Source: Wolbachia endosymbiont strain TRS of Brugia malayi (GTDB taxonomy: Bacteria > Pseudomonadota > Alphaproteobacteria > Rickettsiales > Anaplasmataceae). Taken from it: 32,000 nt of DNA. The position numbers and the translations under genes are program-made. The notes under the pieces are model-generated. The model did no database searches. It was not told where the DNA came from and saw nothing but the letters and a program-made list of their open reading frames with translations. Below, in pieces: positions 28,591-32,000 of the stretch (position 1 is its first letter; the number at the start of each line of letters is the position of its first letter). Where the stretch lies: the NCBI RefSeq assembly GCF_000008385.1, contig NC_006833.1, positions 330,001 through 362,000 on the forward strand, written 5' to 3'.

Positions 28591-30099
28591 ATGCTGAATG
28601 CAATTAATAGTTATTTTAAGAGTTTCTTTAAAGAAAATAAAGCAACAAAAGTAGAAGAAATAAATAATCAGCTATAGATACTGGACGAGCTGTAGGATTA
28701 GAAAAGAATATATCTTTACAGATGTCTGTTCTTTAGTAGACGATTTATATGTATTGCAAGAATCTTGTTTTTCATAATGAAAAAGAACTAGGCGAATACG
28801 TCAATTCTATTGTGCTGCCTACATTTACATGTCTTGAAGAAAAGGTCAAAAAAGTAAAAGAAAGTTCTTCCAGTAAAAACCTTGCGCTCTAGAGCTTTGC
28901 TGCCTAATCATAGAAAATAACAACTTTCATAAAAAGTTAAATAATTTTGCTAAAAATTTTAGCAGCATACCTGGTTATGTCCATTCTCAATTAAAAAAAT
29001 AATGACAAGTTTTAGACTAGGAAATCTGGGAAACAAAATATGTTTTTTAGGATTTTTAAGAGAAAGAACGAGCTTCGATGTTGTATTGTCGAATTTTTGA
29101 AAAAGCTCTGGATGGTGTGTTTATAGCCTAATAACTGATACAGACTTTAAACAAACTCATATGGAAAAAGCAGTGGATGAAGAAGGTGAACCTTTTAGTG
29201 AAAACTTTAGAAGAGGTATAAATAAAATTAATACAGGAGGGAAAAAGTATTGCAAATAGGTATTTTGAAGAAAAAGAAGTAGCTTTTCAAGTCTACTGTG
29301 AAGAAACTGATAATGCTAGTAGAGCCTTAAACGTTAATCTTATTAACCATAATGGAAATGAGCCAATAAGAATCAGTGATATTTTACAGTAAGAGAAAAA
29401 TGTTGGCGAGTTGAAGATTTATTGCAATAAAAAGTATGACATACGCGCTCGTTAAGAAGATAAAAAAAGATATTATGAATTTGAGAAGGTGCGTGCTATG
29501 AAATGACAAGCAAGTGGTCCATAAAAGATGAGTCTGGGAGGGTGGTTTTAATTTTTACCATGGTTATGGGTGTGAGTAGTGAAGGCATAACTAAAATAGC
29601 AAAGTTTGGTGGTGAGAAACCTAATGGAGAAAATTCTGAACTATCGCTAGAGAAAAATAAAGAATTAATAGAACGAAATGAGGAGTTGTACATTTAAGGT
29701 CTTTTTTTACATAACGCTGCAGGGAAATTCCTAGGATCTCAATGTGGAAAAAGTTTAATAGATAAGAAGCACAATCCTGCATCATTGCCTGGTATGATAC
29801 CTACTAGAGGGAATACTAACAGTAACCCTACCACTTTTCTTCTATTGGATAGTAGTACATCAACACCTAATGACAGTGTGGTACAGTAAGCTGCAGCTCA
29901 AGTTAATCGACGAGATGAAACTACTTTACAGGATAAAGAATTACCAAATTCAATAAGTGAAGTTATAAAAGATTTGGAGGGCATCACTTACGTACCAAAT
30001 AATAATATAAGCTTGATTATATCAACCAAGTTAATAATAGCTGTAATGGACGTGAGCCAGGGGTATGATAAAAGTAAGCAGTGCAACTTCCGTTGTTAG
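28591..30099 (+). pseudogene. eroded remnant of a lineage-specific hypothetical gene
   Basis: A single frame is open from 29503 to 30099 apart from two internal stops (29695-29697, 29887-29889). It reads ...EKNKELIERNEELYI*GLFLHNAAGKFLGSQCGKSLIDKKHNPASLPGMIPTRGNTNSNPTTFLLLDSSTSTPNDSVVQ*AAAQVNRRDETTLQDKELPNSISEVIKDLEGITYVPNNN.... Upstream (28591-29500) protein-like stretches such as YFEEKEVAFQVYCEETDNASRALNVNLINHNGNEPIRISDILQ appear in shifting frames. No family recognised. Confidence 0.35.
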
Positions 30100-30121
30100 A
30101 TGTATATCTGGTGGTTGGAGC

Positions 30122-30850
30122 TTATACTAAATTCTCCATCTTATATTGAGGGTCAGATGCGATACCATATACTCTATTTGGTGGGGCAATTTTGTTTTCT
30201 ATACCAAAAGTAATACCTTCAATTATTGCTATAAGTACTTTTTCAAGGTTACAATCTGCCCCGGGAACACGGTGTTCTAGACGGCACTTGCTGCCGAGAC
30301 AGGGAATCCTTATTGCGGCAGTTCTATTGTTCACGCCCCAACTAATTGTAGTTGGTGTGTGAATATCTGGATATTGAAACCTTAAATACGAATCGTCACT
30401 TGGAGCGAAGAATGACATATGTTCTTTCATCATAGCACATAACCCACCAATACCATAAATCAAGTAATCACTGTACTTTTGTTCATTACAGTAAAATAAA
30501 TTACTGTTGTTTGAATCCACTAAATTAACATGCACATTTAATGCACTGCCTGCTCTATCTAAATAGGGCTTTGCTTTGAAAGAAGTATTCCCGCCAAGTT
30601 TTTGTGCTGTTTCAGTAAGTAATTCTTTTGCTAAATCAAAATGCTTGATTAAGTTATTAGAATCATTATAACAACCACTTTTTATCTCATATTGATGTGT
30701 AGAACTCTCTTTCTTGCAGGAAAAACCAAGCAAAGCTATTTTATTTTTAACACTATTAAGAAATAAATGCTCTCTCTCTATTCCTTCAGTATAAAATTCT
30801 AATTCAATACCAAATTTAGTACAACAATTCAAATTATTTAATGTAATCAT
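30122..30850 (-). CDS. glutamine synthetase catalytic-domain-only protein (minimal GS-like ligase)
   Basis: 242 aa carrying the GS catalytic blocks in order: FGIELEFY (GxExEF), KAKPYLDRAGSALNVHVNL (ATP/metal site KP...GSGxHxHxS), APSDDSYLRF (NSYxR), WGVNNRTAAIRIP, and RLEHRVPGADCN. The N-terminal beta-grasp domain is absent, and the upstream sequence is non-coding AT-rich DNA. Confidence 0.75.
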   Translation of the reverse strand: MITLNNLNCCTKFGIELEFYTEGIEREHLFLNSVKNKIALLGFSCKKESSTHQYEIKSGCYNDSNNLIKHFDLAKELLTETAQKLGGNTSFKAKPYLDRAGSALNVHVNLVDSNNSNLFYCNEQKYSDYLIYGIGGLCAMMKEHMSFFAPSDDSYLRFQYPDIHTPTTISWGVNNRTAAIRIPCLGSKCRLEHRVPGADCNLEKVLIAIIEGITFGIENKIAPPNRVYGIASDPQYKMENLV

Positions 30851-31156
30851 AGATTTGTTTCAGTAAATTCGCATTAAGTTAGCTATATTTATATGAATAC
30901 TTTACTTTTTTATCAATAAATTTAATATCTCATTTATACATAATATATTATAATTTTTTAACATACTGCTAATCCTTGACACGAGCGACGTTTTATTTAT
31001 TGAAATAAAAATGATCAATTTTAGTGCTTTTATACCCTTTACAACTCATTAAAAATCACCATAATTTTTAGTGTGTATTAAGTAGTATTAGCTTTTCGCA
31101 GTAGGCTATTGATTATCTTATATTTTTCTAGTATTGCTTTTGTCTTGGTGTAGTGT

Positions 31157-32000
31157 ATGAGCTTAATTAATCCTAAGGTTTCTGCTATGTTTTTCGATCA
31201 AATTGTTACAGCAACAGATCATAATATTGCTTGGGAAAAAATCCAAAATCTCCTTTATAACCTTTATGGGGAAGCAACATATAACAGTTGGTTAAGTTCA
31301 CTTAAATTTGTTAGTAGTAGCAATGGGGAAGTTTTGTTATCTGTGCCAACAAGATTTATAAAAGAGTGGATTACAGTTCACTACATGGAAAAAATATTAT
31401 TATTATGGCAGAATGAAGATAAAAGTATATGTTCTATTGATATTCAAGTAACCGAAGAAAAGAATTCAAGTTCTAGCATCATATCAAAAAATAAAGAGGA
31501 AAGTGTTAATAATCTTGGTTCGCCACTAGATCCAAGATTTACCTTTGATAACTTCGTAGTGGGAAAGCCAAATGAATTAGCATTTACAGCCGCAAAGCGT
31601 GTAGCAGAGTCCATAGATCCAATACCTGGTAGCAATCCTCTGTTTCTATATGGCGGAGTGGGGCTTGGTAAAACACATTTAATGCATGCTATAGCTTGGC
31701 ACATAGTTAATTCTCCATCAGCAAAAAGAAAAGTGGTATATTTATCAGCAGAGAAATTCATGTATCAATATATTACAGCACTACGAAGCAAAGACATTAT
31801 GTTATTTAAAGAACAGTTTAGATCGGTAGATGTACTGATGGTAGATGATGTGCAATTTATCAGTGGTAAAGATAGTACACAAGAAGAATTTTTTCACACT
31901 TTTAATGCATTGATAGATCAAAATAAACAATTGGTTATATCAGCTGATAGATCTCCTAGTGATCTTGATGGAGTAGAAGAAAGAATAAAATCACGGCTAG
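31157..32000 (+). CDS. dnaA: chromosomal replication initiator protein DnaA, N-terminal 281 codons (continues past the window)
   Basis: From ATG 31157 the protein reads [51 protein letters not shown]...[28 protein letters not shown]...[23 protein letters not shown]...[62 protein letters not shown]. These include the DnaA domain I/III motifs with Walker A and Walker B. The frame is open to the window end, so it is absent from the ORF track. Confidence 0.95.
   Translation, partial: MSLINPKVSAMFFDQIVTATDHNIAWEKIQNLLYNLYGEATYNSWLSSLKFVSSSNGEVLLSVPTRFIKEWITVHYMEKILLLWQNEDKSICSIDIQVTEEKNSSSSIISKNKEESVNNLGSPLDPRFTFDNFVVGKPNELAFTAAKRVAESIDPIPGSNPLFLYGGVGLGKTHLMHAIAWHIVNSPSAKRKVVYLSAEKFMYQYITALRSKDIMLFKEQFRSVDVLMVDDVQFISGKDSTQEEFFHTFNALIDQNKQLVISADRSPSDLDGVEERIKSRL

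Noticed and set aside
28340-28603. The 87-aa minus-strand ORF just downstream of purA.
   Set aside because: It has no ribosome-binding site or motif, and it lies convergent with and immediately behind purA in decayed sequence. It is likely spurious.
30851-31156. The AT-rich 306-bp region immediately upstream of dnaA was considered as a replication origin or DnaA-box cluster.
   Set aside because: Scanning both strands for TTATCCACA-like boxes gives only weak matches (ttatcaata with 2 mismatches, ttataccct with 3). No cluster or AT-rich 13-mer array stands out. As I recall, published Wolbachia origin predictions do not place the origin next to dnaA. The TATAAT at 30949-30954 has no convincing -35 and is expected by chance in this composition.
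31444-31761. The 105-aa minus-strand ORF overlapping dnaA.
   Set aside because: It is antisense to the unambiguous dnaA reading frame.

Overview
AT-rich window that reads as a Wolbachia-type (Anaplasmataceae, Rickettsiales) chromosome segment; the organism call is inferred from protein sequences and the repeat family. It ends in the 5' part of dnaA. The housekeeping backbone is coaE (partial), an NMO/NPD-family flavin oxidoreductase, uvrA, secA, nrdB, a BamE-like lipoprotein, purL with a PurS-like N-terminus, an AddB-like nuclease, purA, a minimal glutamine-synthetase-like gene and dnaA (partial). Between uvrA and secA lies about 6.3 kb of decayed accessory DNA. It holds one intact orphan ORF, a degenerate IS66-like element with recognisable terminal inverted repeats, a heavily pseudogenised STAND NTPase and a degenerate IS5-family element. 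The STAND gene has the order nuclease-like N-terminus, NB-ARC P-loop core, TPR array, and its 3' end abuts the IS66-like element. Three other structures are not explained by the genes. (1) A short palindromic repeat family (core gtcatYccagtgcttgacactggRatccag) occurs at least eight times and sits in frame inside purL (twice) and the addB-like gene (once). (2) A diverged 640-800 bp non-coding inverted-repeat pair brackets the 7.4 kb tolA-like/purL/addB block. (3) A TolA/TonB-like gene is split at a poly(A)8 tract. I found no intact, obviously novel multi-gene system. The strongest candidate for an unusual biological system is the eroded Avs-like defence gene. No rRNA, tRNA or CRISPR array was recognised. 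All calls rest on by-eye translation and motif recognition, with no database search.
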